Source of the DNA: Felis catus
Lineage: Eukaryota
Direction of reading: 5' to 3'
Length of the DNA: 64,000 nucleotides
NCBI RefSeq assembly: GCF_018350175.1
Contig: NC_058368.1
Location: 193,194,001 to 193,258,000 of the forward strand
The notes beneath the pieces were generated by a model that was not told the origin of the DNA, ran no database searches, and was given only the letters and a program-made list of their open reading frames with translations. The first letter of the stretch is position 1. The number at the start of each line of letters is the position of its first letter. Shown one piece after another: positions 26,513 through 40,998 of this stretch. The position numbers and the translations under genes are program-made.

Positions 26513-27039
26513 CCAGACCACTTTCTACTTGAGGACAGGACCCTTTCTCAAAGTGCTCAACTCTTGATGAATGTAAAGAACAGAACCATGGCCTCTGATA
26601 CTGGAAAACTTCGGAAGCCCTCTAGCCTCATGGTTAGATGGTTAGGCTCTGGAGTCCCACAGACTTGGACTCCAGTTTTGACTCTGCCCTTTAAGTAGCT
26701 TGACCAAGATAGAAAATTATATTTTCTCTTGGCCTCAGTTTCCTCATTTATAATACAACAATCACAGTCTGTCTATAGCACAGGTTCTTCTAAGGGTTAA
26801 ATGCATAATAATGCAAAATGTTTAACATTGTGCTAATTAAATATGAGCTTCTATTTTTTTTTTCTTCATCTTGATGTTGTAGTAGTTGGTGATATTGAAC
26901 TAACTGGGGCTACATTTTGGGGCTAAAGTGATGAGTTGGGCATCACAGAATGCAGAGGAGGACACAAACTTTGGAAGTCATAGTAATACTAACACTCCTT
27001 TACAACTAGTGTAGCACATTGCGATTTACAAAATGCACA

Positions 27040-27053
27040 CATACACATATACG

Positions 27054-27112
<59 letters not shown>
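27040..27112. repeat. (ATACAT)n microsatellite
   Basis: About 12 hexamer units. Confidence 0.95.
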
Positions 27113-27113
<1 letters not shown>

Positions 27114-29773
27114 CATAGCCTTAGTTGATCCTTGACGTGTTCCTGGAAAGTGAGGAAACCATATCATATGATGTATTATTGAGACTGTGGAGATGTTTAT
27201 CTTGAGATGTATAGGAGAGGACGAGGTGAGAATTACTTTCAGCTCTCTGGGAAGAGGGGGGACACTTAGGAAGGGAAGCCAAGAACCAGTGCCCAGAAAC
27301 ATGTATTACAATTTGAAAGTCAGAGCAGGCAGACATAGCTACCCAGGGGAGGTCATCAGTATCCATGTTCCTGGAAGTATGTAAGTAAGAGGCATGGGTT
27401 GGTGCCCAGCCCTCTAGTTGTCTTAATTGTGAGAACCCAGGATTCTGTGAAGTCACAGATGATTAACTCAACAGGCAGAAAATGATAATCCCGAATACTG
27501 GACATCTGTGATCTCTCTTCACCTTTCTCTCCCTGGCACAGGCAAGACTACACCTTCATAATGAGATTAGAGGAGTGGGAATGTCACTTCTGTGAGGTTG
27601 GGGCAGTGAGTCTGCTCTGTCTGCAGTCTTCTGACTTGAATTCCACATATGCTTCTTGCCACCGTTGCTCCTGCTGTACTGGACTGGGACAGGGGTGGGC
27701 AGGGATGTCTCATTATGCTGAAGTGGGAGGCAGGGGCCATGAGAAGCGTGGGCTCTGGAAGAATGTCATCCAGCGCGAAAGGAGCACGTGGTGGGACAGA
27801 GGAGAAAAGAGCAAAGGCAATCACACCTGCAGGCAGGCTGATCACATTCCGTGAGGGTGGGCACTACCAAGTTAAAAGAAAATGGCAGTGGTGACACCTG
27901 TCTTAGGGGTCCGCAGGAGGAAGAGCTTCTGCAGATTTGACCATGTAATGAGCCTTGGTTTTCTGTGGCAAGGAGACAGGCAGAGCTGCACGTAGAGAAT
28001 ACAGAAGCACACTTTGCCTGAGATATAATCCTTGATTCCAGTCATCCATTATTAATTCATTAATTTATTGAGTACTGAACACATGTTAGGCTTGGTGAGA
28101 TAGTGGGTGAGGGAGGTTTCTGGGGCTGTGGTTAAACATTCTGGGTTGGGCTTGGACAGCCCATGAATCCTTGTGAGCCTCTGTTTCCTCATCTGTAAAA
28201 TGGGGATATGAGTGCCTGCCCCATGCCCCTTACAGGGTTACTGTGAAGCTAGAATGAGGTCATATGTGTAGAAAATATTTCTTCAACTGGCCCTGCAACA
28301 ACCCTTTCTTTAGTGGGCCTGGGAGAAAAGAGAGGATGACAAGTAACTGATTTTCATTGTCAATGCACATCTCTTATAAACAGATCAGAGGCTAGTTTAC
28401 AAGTATGATTCTGGGTCCTTAATGAGGATTCCACATTAATCTTCTTTCCAGGCTTGGATACAGGGGATTTTGGAGGCAGACAATTCTGAACTGCAAGACT
28501 GTCTCCACCAATTGGCAGTTCTGTGACGGAGGGCAAGTGGTTTAACCTTTCTAAGAGGCACAGGTGAAAGCAAAGATAATGCCTGCCTTTCAGACCATTT
28601 TTATAGGCATTAAGAGAGACAGAGAGACAGAGAGAGAGTGAGCGCGCATATGTTTTGCCATCAGGTACAGGAACTGGCTTCATTGAAAGGTATATGTACC
28701 TGACTGAGACCTCCTGGTGCCCCAGAAGTTGAATAATCTGACACCCTTCTGATTGATATTCTTTAATTATTTTTTTTATCACCATGTAGAACACAGAGTA
28801 CAGGCTATTAGGGATAACAGCAGCGCTATCTCTATCTGTGTGTGCCAAAGAAGAATGTAAAAAGCTCTTGGTTAACACCTAGAAAGCTTTCATTGCAATT
28901 ATCTGGAGGTTCTCCTTGAGGCACTCTGGTGAGCAGAATTTTCTGCATCTCCTTAAATTTCTAGTGATGGCAACAAAAACATCTGTCCTGTCAGACCACC
29001 ATTTAGTGTGGCTCTGCCTGCAAAACAATGATTAGTTTCCTTCTTCTCTACTTTTGTATTTGTAGGGCCATCCCTTGGCTGATTACATCCTCAAGTTAGC
29101 TGGTACAGGCTTTTACTTTTTTCCTCCACATAAAGGGTATCACATGACCAGCAACTGTCTGGCATTCTCAAGAGATAGAGTGCAGAGATCATGAGTCAAG
29201 AAGCTCATATTTCAGTCCTAGTTCACCACCTTTTGCTTATGTGACCTTAGGCAAGTCTCTTGATCTTCCTAAGTCTCAGTTTTAATTTATAAAATGGAAA
29301 AATAATGATACCTACTCTGTCCACCATTCAGGACATTGCTATGTATCAAGACAGGCAGTAGTTATGAAAGAGATTTGTGGCTACAGGATTCTGTGGCATT
29401 GTGAAAGATTATTATTTTAGAGCAACCATGACTCTAAGCAAAAGCATCACATACAGTGAGTGGAATTTTGTCTATGAGCCAATGGGGTGGGAATAGATTT
29501 TTCAGGGACTCTCTAAAAGTACTAAACTGCTGCTTGACCTTGCTGGCCTATGTATCAGTGTGGTTTGCCTCTACCATTTTTCTCTTTATGTATTCTCATT
29601 TATCTATGCAGTCTACCTCAAGTCCTGATGGGATTTATGCATTTCATGTTTTTCTTTCCATCAAAGGCACTGCATTTAATGCAAAGTTGATGGCTAACTG
29701 TAGGTGTTCAATCTCTGCTGCAGAAGAGAAATACACATGAAACAACAAAGCTCTCCTTCTCTCCCTGCAATGG

Positions 29774-29776
<3 letters not shown>

Positions 29777-29816
<40 letters not shown>
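29777..29816. repeat. (TG)n microsatellite
   Basis: About 20 units. Confidence 0.95.
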
Positions 29817-29818
<2 letters not shown>

Positions 29819-32800
29819 TGTAGGAGAGACAGAGAGACGGAGATGGGAGGAGGGATGAGGAAGGAGGAGAAGGGAGGAAGGGAACAGGAGAGAGGGAGGT
29901 ATAGATCCTTTGATAATATCCTCCTTTTCAAAGGATGAAGGAAATAAAATTTTATGTACAGAAAGAAACCCTTTTTGAAGCCCTACTTATTGCTTCTTTA
30001 ACACTAAATCTTTTTCAGAGAATTTTCAGGTATTTATGAGTTAACAGTCTCAGCATCCCTCAGAAGACGGGTCCATAGGAAAACATTCTTTTCCCTGATA
30101 GCAGAGGAGAAAATGGAGGCTGACAGGAGTCAGGATGGTGACCCTGGTGCCTCAGCACTTGCAAATGGGTTTGGACAGGAAACATTTGAATTTAGTCAGA
30201 CCAGTTTGAAACCAGTTGCCAGAATAGAAACCACTGATTAGAGCTCAATTACTGACTTTTTCTTAAGTACTTATTATACAGTTTCTAGCTGGTCAGTGAC
30301 TGATGAATCAGGATTCCTTCGGTTGTTAGAGATGGAAATCTAACCCAAAGTAGCTTAGGCAGATGAGGCAAGTGATTAACTCTCATCCCTGGGTAACCGG
30401 CTAAAGTCTGGCCTTTGGAACTGGGTCCAGGCCCTCAGATGACATCAGGACTCTTTTCCTACATCATGCATCTTGGCTCGGGTCAGTTGGCTTCGTTCTC
30501 TCCTACTGCAAAAAATCTTTATCTACATGAGTCCGAAGATAATTTGGATAATTTTAGCTTGGATTCAAAATGCAAAGGCCTTCTTCTCACTTGAACTACA
30601 GATTTAAAAAGTCTCGGGAAAGGGTTTGAATTGGCCAGATTTGGGTCACAAGATCATGTCTAGCCTAATCACTGTGGCCAGGGCAGAACAGGACTATTCT
30701 GGCCTGGGCCAGAGGTGTGTAGAAGGACAGGCTACCGAGGTAGGCAGCACAGCCAACACCACGTGATTCCATGGGAGTGGGACCAGCTCCCCAAAGGAAG
30801 GGATGCCAACTGTTAGAGCCCAGAGATGTCTATTATCCGTACAGCAATGGATTCTTCCTAATGGCTTTCCAATAGCTGAGAAGTTAGTTTTTATATCATT
30901 GCTAAATGGTTTCTAAGCAGTTCATTAAACTGATTACTCAATCAAATGAAATTAACAGCTGCTTTTTGCCTTTTCCTCTCTAAATGAGTTCGTGTCTAAA
31001 GACAGGCCCTCTAAGTCACAACACGTTTTTATTGAAAGAAATATCAAAACAATTTTTTTTTCTGATCATGGTTTCATGGCAAGATGAAGAAAAGGATGAT
31101 GAACAATTTTCCTTCTAACAGATTTAGATAAACATTTTTTAAAGCATTGTTTTCCTCCCAGAATTATTTAGCTAATTGCTTAATCTTCCACTTCAAACTC
31201 CACATACGTCCAACCGCAGGCTTCTCTGCTGAATAACCAATTTCTTTTGTCTTTGGGTGATTACTTTTCAGGTATGCACATTAAAGCAAGGGCCTCCTAA
31301 TTGTAAAATTGTGGTATTTTCCTTCAGCAGCCTTGAATTTTGCATTCTGAATTCTTTGCTTACCTCCTTGTGTCCTTATCCCAAGTACCTCTTTACTATT
31401 CCTATCAAAAGCTAGTATTAGGAAAACACCTGGTAACAAGCATTTTAACCCAGTTTGCCTCTGCCAGTTGTTTTTGCTTACCAAGAACATTTCTAAAGAA
31501 ACTTAAGTTTGTGCAATAAAAAAGGTTTTGTCCCGGATAAGAAATTTTGGGACACAGTAAACATAAAAAAAATTTTTTTTTTTAGTTGGGGGACAATTTT
31601 ATCACTATTCTGAAGTCCCACCCTCCAGGCATTTGCCCACTTTAGATCTGAGACTAGTCCTCGTAAGAATTTTCAACAATTTTCCTCAATCCAAAAAAAA
31701 GCTTTCCCAGATCATGGTCCAGTTTATCCAGGTACACTTAACGAGCTCTACAGAGCCAGATGAAAAGCCAGACAGTGAGCTTTAGGGTTGTATGCATGTG
31801 AGAAGATCTCTCTCTACATGCAAAGTACCCAGGACTTGGAGCCAGGAGAGCTAGCTTCTAGCCAGTCTTGGTTTAACTAGGAACTTACACCACTCTGGGA
31901 AAGTCAATAATTTTCTAGGGCCTCAAGGTCACTTATTTATGGAATATAGTTGGATAAAATAATAATTAGATGATTTCTAAGGCCCCTACCACCATTTGAA
32001 CTTTTCTCTCTTCCATTTAGGTAAAACATTTATCCATAGGAAATGCAACTATCTCTCCCCAAGGATATGTAAGCATGAAATCAGACAATGTACGTAAAAT
32101 GCCTGGCACAGAGCAGATGTCAAACAAATGGTAGTGGTAATGCTGATCACCATTAATGATTGTACCACATAGTTCCTGTAATGTGGTGTTTAGGGACTGA
32201 TTTTGTGGGCTGTCTTCTTTGTCGGTAGTAGCGGCCTTACTGTGGCAATAGTCCAAATGTAGACACACACTTATTTAGAATCTTAGATCCAAGGAGTCCC
32301 TGCCATGTGATACATATAAGATACTATTATCAACATTTCCCATGGGCCCAAAATACCTCCACTCCTCAGGAATTGATGAAAATGTTTTACTACGGCTGGA
32401 ATGGGGCTGGAATGGTGAATATGTTGCAAAGCATCTGTCTTTCCTCATTTTGTGCTCCCGACTTGATTTATAAACCCATCTTGGTTCCTTTTATTGGCTG
32501 TAGACTGGATCAAAAATCCCTTGCATCACAATGTCTTTGGTGGTACAACACCCATTAGTGCCCTGAAAGTATTACCTTTTTCCCTGGTCAGGCAAGTGCC
32601 ATCCACAGGTGGCAGGTCTGTCTCCTACTGGGGCTTTTTTTTTTTTTTTAATTGTCATGTGGACAGATGGCTTCCTATAATCTGTAATGGGAATTCCTGT
32701 GTTGTAGGAATTACACAAAATCTAGGTGTCTAAAGTTCCACTTCTACCTCTGAGCCTCGGTTTGCTCAGGAATGAAAGTGGGGTGGTAATTTGGCCCCAC

Positions 32801-34345
32801 AGGCTAACTGCCATGGTGATTATATTTGGTAGGTATCGAGCACACCTAGCACAGTGCCTGGCACAGAGTAGGTGCCCAAAATACATGCTTCTTGCTAAAC
32901 TCAGTACCTGATACCAGAATGGATTTCTTCCTCAGCCCCCAAAACTTCAACTCCCTATTTCATGATGTATTAAATAAACACTCCTCTCACCCAGTCCAGC
33001 CTTCTCTGTCATTGCTTGCCTGGACATGCGGCACAAGCTGCATTGTACTTGCCCTTTTCCCAAACGGACCCTGCCTCTTCCTGCCCTGACGCTCTGACTC
33101 ATTCTGCACCTCCTTCTTTGAATGCCTTTTCTGTCTCTGACTGTGTAATGCCTACCCAGGCAACACAAGAATGTCATCACCTCCTACCCTTATTTCCCCA
33201 GAGCTCTGCCTCCTTTGGGCACTAAAAGGCAATTCACTTCTACCTCTCTCATTCCTCGGGTCATTCAACAGATACTGATTGAGGTTCTATTATGTACCTG
33301 GCATTGTGCTGCGGCAACAGGGTCCCTGGTCTTGTGAGTGTATTTTAGATGGGAAGAGGCAGACAGTAAGCAAGTAGACAAGATATGATTAGGTGGTGAT
33401 GAGTAATGTGAGACTGAATGACATCAGGGCTAGTCTGCATAGGGTGGAGAGGGAAGGATGTTCTGGGGGAGACGACATTTTTAGCCAAGACATGGGTAAG
33501 GAGCTAGCCTTGCAAGTGAAAAGGGTTTCAAGTGGAGGAACCAACAGGCACAAGAGCCTTGAGATGGAGCTAAGCATGGCATGCTGGGGATGCCATGCAT
33601 GTTTGAGAAAGGACAGAAGCTGGGTGGCTGGAAAATTGTGATCAGGGAGAAAGTGAATAGCATCTATTCAGAGTCCCCTTTTTAAAGGCTGGACACAAGG
33701 TGGCGAGCAGCATGTGGAAGCCTGGATCCAGGCACTTCAACTTTTTCCATCTACTTTAACCTTGTGTTATACTTAATGGTGTTTCTGAGCTTTATTTTTT
33801 CTTCCTATTATTGACACTTCATGAGACAGGACTATCATTTATTTGACTCCTTATTCCCCATGACATCTACCTGTGGACATGGGTGCTCATTATGTATGTT
33901 GATGAGAAGAAAAAGTGTATATTCTGGGATTAGAAATGAAGCTTATCCAGTTTTTTTCTGGGTGTGGGGTGGGTGTGGTAGGGATCACCTGGACACCTCT
34001 CAGCTGATTCTAGCTGCAGAGCCACCTGCAAAAGGAGACTGGGTAGAGCATAAGCTCGTCTGCAGGCAGAGCCCCTACTGCCTCCTGAGCCACAGCTGTT
34101 GGCTCTGGCTGCCTGATTGAATCCCCAGCCATGGCTTCTTTGGGCTCCATAGATTTATGCTGTGGGCCAAACACTTCTGACTTTAGCTTACTTCCCTAAA
34201 CCTGGTTTATTCCTTGACAAAATCCTGTAACTGTTCATCTTCTCTGATGGTTCACCTGATTTAGGATCCCTGCACTTTTACTCTCCAGCCTTATTCTGCC
34301 ATCGTCCATGCTCAACTGGGTATTGCAATGCTGTAATTACATAAG

Positions 34346-34563
34346 ATGGGGTTTCTCAACCTCGGCACTATTGACATTTTGGGCCGGATAATTCTTTGTT
34401 GTGGGAAGTTGCACTGTGTGTTGTAGAAATTTAGTGGCGTCCCTGGGTTTTTACCCACTAAATGCCGTCAGCACCTCTGCCCATAGTTGTGGCAACAAAA
34501 AATATCTCCAGACATTGCCAACTGTCCGGGAGGCACAAAATCTGCTTTGGTTGAGAATCAGTG
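34346..34563. mobile_element. MER20 (hAT-Charlie) DNA transposon
   Basis: tttctcaacctcggcactattgacattttgggccggataattctttgttg through ggttgagaa, about 218 bp with terminal inverted repeats. Confidence 0.88.
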
Positions 34564-37500
34564 ACATAAGGCTACAACTAAGAGGGATCTTAGAGACCAA
34601 TTAGATGAATCCCACTTCTCCCACTTCACAAATGAGGTCACTGAGGCCCAGAGTAGGAAATGTGTTGCCCAGGGTCACACCACAAATTGGCAGCAATGTA
34701 GGCAATCGGCTTCATATTTTTTTCAATCTCCAATGCGTTTCGTTAGTGTGGTGAAATCTTAGGAGGCAGTCAGGTAAAGTGAAAAGGTGGTGGCTTTAGA
34801 GAGACAGAATGGGATTGGAATCTAGGTCAAGTCATTGACTGGCTGCATGACCTTGGGTTCTGAATCTGAGTTTCCATTTCCTCTTATGCAAAGTGGGGGT
34901 GATAAATCCCCACCTCGCAGGATTGTTTTGAGGACTAAAGGAGAGATATGTCCTAGCTTCTTACCCGGTATGCAGTTAGTGCTTAGCCAATGCTGGTTCC
35001 CTCCTTCCTTGTAGGGCTATGAAAATGGCAAGTGTGGTACAGAGAAGTTAGGCTTGTCTTAGTAGGACTCAGAGTGCCCATGGAAGATTATGTCAGTAGG
35101 CACTTCTTTCCAGTGGACTATGTTAAAAATGCAAGTGGTGGGATTTGGTGTTTGTAATGGAAACAGCCAAGTAGTTTTCCCATTTGGAAAATAACTGGCT
35201 GTGTTGAAAGCTGATTCATTTCACAAAGTTATTTCCCACTCCCACCATGCCCTTTCCTGAGGAGATATCTTTGATAATTGTATCTTATCTCTAATGTCCT
35301 GTGTCTCTCTCTTCTCCCAGGAGAATGTTATGTCATTATAGACATGCCTAGGGAGGAAAGGAGTGTTCAGACCGCATGTCCTTGGGAACAGTATCTTTTC
35401 TTCCTCTTTTATCAGGTGAATCTAATGGTATTTTCTCTTGGGACCAGGGAGATTTGACTCCATCTGGTAACTTGCATTCTGGTGTTAGTCTGACCACTGA
35501 CAGAAATGACCCTAATATAGTTCTTGGTAATTTTCAGATAAGTTTCTATGAGCGTTTTCTCTGACTCCCAAGCTGACACAACTGCAGTGGTTCTCAATCC
35601 GGGCTGCATATTGTAATCACTTAAAAGTTTAAAAGAAAACCAGACAACACCAATACACTGACAAATATGCCTGAGCTCAGATAAACCATATTTGGAGATG
35701 TATCTTGGGCACTAGTGATTTTGTGTAAAGTTCAATAGGTGATTCCAGTGTGCAATTAGCATCCAGTATCACTGCTTATTTTGACACCAGATATCCTAGA
35801 TTTTTGATGAGAAAGATGAGGCTCAGAGAAGTTAACAATATTCTTGTCCAAGATTGTAAAGGAAGAAGGAAGAGAAGCCAGGTGTTGTGAATCCTGATCT
35901 AGGTCTTTCCACTGTACCAATTTGCTTCTATACTCATGATGTGATCTGGAAACTTCAAGCAATAAAAGCTTTTTGAAAATTACAAAGCACTGAAGTAAGG
36001 TTGTCAGTGGCCAGACTAACACCAGAACACAGACTACCTGATGGCAGTCAAGTCTCCATAGTCCCAAGGGGAAAATGCCATTGTATTTGGTAAAAAGGAA
36101 GATGGCTTCTTATGCAAGAACTCAGTTTTCTTAGCTGTAAAGTGAGATAGGAATGTATTGCCTAGACATTCTTTCCTTGAAAGAACATTAGCATTTGGTG
36201 AGGAAAGAACTTGCCATTTTGTTTCTTAATTAGGATAAGTTGAGTTTTGAGATTTCATTGAAAGATATTCATGCTCATTTCTGTAGGGTGTTGCTGACTC
36301 TCTCTGAAGTCTATATTAGGGTGTTATTGAACAAATAACCTGAATAGGGCTATAAAAGATGCAAGATAAAGTAAGGGAAATCAGTGGATATGTATGTCAA
36401 CTTTCACACCTGTGGCATCTCCTTGACTCCAGGGGCAGTCCAATATACTCTGAGGATACTCTGACCATTAGGAACTCCTTTCTGTAGCTGAGACTAAGTC
36501 CATTGTCCTGTAACTCCCAGAATGGATCCTGGTCTTAGTCATACAAAAAGCTAGTACAAAAAGCTAGCACCATTTCCCCAGGATGGCCCTGAAGATCCTT
36601 CTTCAGGCTGAATCAACTATTTTGCAGGGGACCTGCTTTTCAGTCCCCTTTCCAATGTGCTTGCTGCTCCCTAGCCTGGATCTATTTTAAAGGGACGATA
36701 AGTAACTCTTTCTCTTCTTCTCCATTTTTGCAGTCCGGTCTGGAGTAGTGATTTCTACTAACTCAGAAAGACAGGTTGGCTTTCCCAAAGGTGTAGCAGG
36801 TATAGCTGTAAAGCGTTCTTTTTTTAAAAAAAGTTATTTTGGCTTTATAAAAAGGTAGAGAACTGCTTGCCTGCTATTTTCCTGACCATCATGCATCATG
36901 ACCTGGTTACCAGTGAGATACGTAATGTAAAGGCTTTGGATTCAGGCAGACCCAGTTCAAATCCTGGTTCTGTCACTTATAGGAGCGTGAGCAAGTTATG
37001 TAATCTTTTAAAGTCTGAGTTCCTCTTTCAGAAGGCCCTACCTGAGAGGGCCATTATAGTAATATAGAAAGTATGAAGTGTGCTTAACATAGCATATGCT
37101 CAGTACATGGTGACATGTGCTCTTATAGCCATTATGATCATTATCCCAGCTATTTGAAAGAAAGGTGACAGAGATTAATTTTCTCCACCTGTCAGTGTTT
37201 CTCCACAGAAATACTGTTAAAGTGTTTCTTCATTCAGAGGCACCCTACATGCTGGAGGTGACTGTAGGTGTTGAAATAATGATTGGAGCTTCAATCAAAA
37301 GAACACGAGTCCACTGGTTTCTTTGCCTTCCTTCAACCCTTTACCATAGAGATGGTGGTTACTGTCTGAATGCCACAATTAGAACTTTGTTAATTTGTTT
37401 GAGATCTCTGACCCCTGTTAATATGCCAAATTCCTTGGGAAAGAAAACATTTGAAGTTGTTCTTAATCATCGGTATCTAAATGTCAATAAATGTCAGATT

Positions 37501-38047
37501 CTTTAGAGAAAGCCCATCTTGCTGGAGTGAAAGAAAAACTTGCAGCAAAGAATGAGAGGATCATGTGGTGTGGGACCAGGATGATCTATGTTTAAGCATG
37601 GTCTAAACTGGTTTTGGTTGTGACTCCGCACATCACAGATACACCTAGACTCCACCTAGACACTCCCCAGAGAAGACTGGGGGTGTCTGGAAGATATACC
37701 CTGTGAACCATCCAGTTCTCTGGAGGTACTGTGACCACTGTATGTCAAGCCCTGCTCCCTATGCAGTTGGAACTGTGGCCCTTGAAAACCAATATTACTC
37801 GGGTTTTTTGCTTTGTTTTGTTTTGTTTTTGCTTTTTGTTTTGGTTATCCGGTTTGAATGAATAACTCACGGTGAACTAGTTTAGCTGAAATGACTCATT
37901 TGAGAGCTGTTTGTGAATCAGGAATGGTGGTTACCATTAAAAATGTTCAGCAATAAGGAAATAACATAACCTTTAGAGCTTTGGCTTCAGAAATGGCACA
38001 AAAATGGAATGGACAAATATGAAAAGTAGATAATGGATCCACAGTGA

Positions 38048-38053
38048 TTTAAT
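38048..38053 (-). terminator. Probable GRIA1 polyadenylation signal ATTAAA
   Basis: tttaat on the + strand, flanked on both sides by U-rich transcript sequence (downstream uuuucauauuuguccauuccauuuuugug). A second ATTAAA lies at 38246-38251. Confidence 0.6.
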
Positions 38054-39058
38054 TCTTGGTGATACTTTCATTTTATGCAAATACCAAAAGAAAAAAAAAA
38101 AAACAAACCCTGGCTACTTGAAAGAAAAACAGGAACCAAAAAAATATTTAGTGTTTGATCAAGCAAAAATCCTTTCACACATCTGTCAAGAGAATTAAAA
38201 CAAATATAGATGTTAAATAAAAGGCCCAGGTACCAAAGAGCAAAATTTAATGAAAGCCAGAACTGTTAAGTATGGATTCCTGTTGAGAAAAATGTCAATC
38301 TCTTTCAGAGTTTTCCCAGTACTCTATTTTTAAGAAAAGTGTAGTAAAAATACATAATACAAGTTAACTTTTTTCTTGCTTTTGTTTTCCCCCGTCACCC
38401 CTCTATTGATAAAAAGCATCTTCTGTGGAGTCTTGGACCCCCACACAGCATATATTCTCATTGTTAGCTTAGATGATCTCTCCCTATCAGATCATGTTAG
38501 TGGTGAGCTCGGTGGCTGGAGAGGCATCTTACCAAAGGAAAAGGTCTTTGAAGCATGTTGATAGTAAGAGGGATATTTCTAACTCCTCTGAAATGCACTC
38601 CCTAATGACAGGTCATATCATATTCTGCAGTGGTAGGCTAAGGGCTGACAAAAATCTGGTAGGAGGACAGGGGATGGGGAGGACATCAGCTGGCAGTAGT
38701 GAGAAGTAAAAAATCCATCTTGAGGGTCCTGCTTCACGTACCATGCCCACATTGACATGTGAAAAGACTGAACAACACTTGAGTTGAAAGGGCATAGAGT
38801 TTGATTTGGGGATGGTTCTTTGCTACGGCTGAGACTAGGAGAATGGGGGAGACATAGAGATGGTGGGTGTCCACTGAGAGAATCCACAGATGAAGCCAAT
38901 CATGCTGCACCTACTTGTTGGTAGGCTCCCAAACCTTTAGTTTGTCAGTTGCTAATGATAACCCCTAGCAGAGAAGACTGGAGAGAAGTAGGGGGTAAGG
39001 AAATAAGCCAGAACATGGTTATCAATAAAAGCTAAAGACACATGGCACACACTGAATC

Positions 39059-39065
39059 ATGCACC
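39059..39065 (-). promoter_or_regulatory. miR-501-3p seed match GGUGCAU
   Basis: atgcacc on the + strand within the 3'UTR. Seed recalled from memory. Confidence 0.4.
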
Positions 39066-39097
39066 TAGGAGAGTGGCTGCTGGACAGCTGGAAGCCA

Positions 39098-39104
39098 ATT
39101 GCAC
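39098..39104 (-). promoter_or_regulatory. miR-92/25/32 family seed match GUGCAAU
   Basis: attgcac on the + strand within the 3'UTR. Confidence 0.45.
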
Positions 39105-40429
39105 CAAGAATGAGAGTTGGGATCTCCAAGAAAGCTATGTACCAGGAACCCCCTTTCCAACTAAAGTTGCAGTCAGCCTGAGCCTCTCTCTATGTACCCT
39201 GTCACTTCTCTAAACTTGCTTTAGTTCAGCTTTATAGTCACAATCATGGGCATATTGAGTCTGGTCATTGGAATAATACATCCTCATTCTGTCTCAGCCA
39301 GGGGGAAGGTCAGTCTTCTTGGGTTAGAAGTTGGGGTCAGTGATCTTAAGGTCCCCAATGTCATTTTCAACTTAATTCATCTCCTTGTTTTCCTTAAAGT
39401 AATTCAGCCTTGGGTATTTTACTTTCTAAAGTGGCCACATGCTAAAACAACATTTTTATATGGACATAAAAATCCAAGTTCTCCAGGTCAGCAAAACTCT
39501 AAGCTGACTTGGTCTCTTAATCCTAGGACAGCGCACACCATGGAAGGTTCTGTTGCTTGTGGGCTTCAACGATGCTTCCTCTTCCAAAATTCTTCCATCC
39601 TTTTTTTTTTTTTTTTTTGCATTCAGTTTGCATAGCATTTTCCCCCATATCAGAGGCTCCAAAGAGAGTCTACTCCACAGTGGGGTTCCTGCTCAGATGT
39701 CAAGCAAATGAAAAGTGACAATCATGGGCAATATCTCCCAGGCTGTCAGTTATTCCCAAGGCTGTACTTGGTTCAGGAGGCCAATTCAGCCACCAGAGTG
39801 CCTTTGGGCTTGAGCATAGCAGAAAGACATACTGCTCAGTGCTGAGGTTGACTCTGTGAAGAAACCACCTAAGGTCTATGGGATGGCTGTTACGCATTAA
39901 AGGAAGCTCTCTCTGAGACTCCAGCAATAACTTTGTGAGTCCTCCTCTGACTGCACACCTGCCTTTGTCCTCTCCACCACCCTTGGTCTGAATTGCTTTT
40001 TGCACATGTTCTCAGCTACATCAGTGTCTAGGAGGTGCCCTTCCTGGGGAAGGCAGTCCACTTCTCCAACAACATTCATCCTCATCCATGTCTTGGGGTT
40101 GAGAAATGGAGGGTAACTTAGAGAGCTCCCATAGTGAATTAGTTTGAAGGTTGCCTTTTTCCTTTTGCTTGCTTGTAAAGTGGAGCGAATCTTTAATCTC
40201 CAATCTGAAAACTGAAGAGACATGGGTAGGGAGTTGGGAATAAGAAGCCAGGAGGAGGAAGGGGCCTAACAGAACCTTCAAACCATGGATATTAGTAAGA
40301 AAGAAAATCTTGCACACACTAAGACACATTAACAAATGAATTAAAAGAAAACAGTACAGTTTCCTCATTAATGTTCCTATGACTCCATTTTCAGAGACAC
40401 AGGCTCTGTTCAACAGGGTTATTCTCCCC

Positions 40430-40436
40430 TTATTGC
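40430..40436 (-). promoter_or_regulatory. miR-137 7mer-A1 site GCAAUAA
   Basis: ttattgc on the + strand within the 3'UTR. Confidence 0.4.
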
Positions 40437-40680
40437 GGTGCAGTGTTATTTATCATCCTCACTTAGCAAACGGAAAAGGGTGAAAGAACATCAAAAAAGG
40501 AAAAGGGACGGCAAAATGATTTTTCAATTCTTCAGGAAAATCTGGTGAATCATCTGATCCTTGTGGTCATGGTGGTTGGTGGCGGTTGCGTTTCATTTTT
40601 ACTGTTTTTGGCACTGAAGGGCTTGGTATGGAATTGGGGGAGCTTGAGCTTGCTCCCCAAGGGGTCTCCATCTGCTCCAG

Positions 40681-40998
<318 letters not shown>

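Larger units (their letters stand above)
38025..40680 (-). other. GRIA1: GRIA1 3'UTR (distal end approximate)
   Basis: Follows the stop codon, has no recognisable transposon, and ends in U-rich sequence with ATTAAA at 38048-38053. Confidence 0.7.

Noticed and set aside
28360..28878. 172-aa ORF
   Set aside because: Crosses MIR-like and simple-repeat sequence with no protein features.
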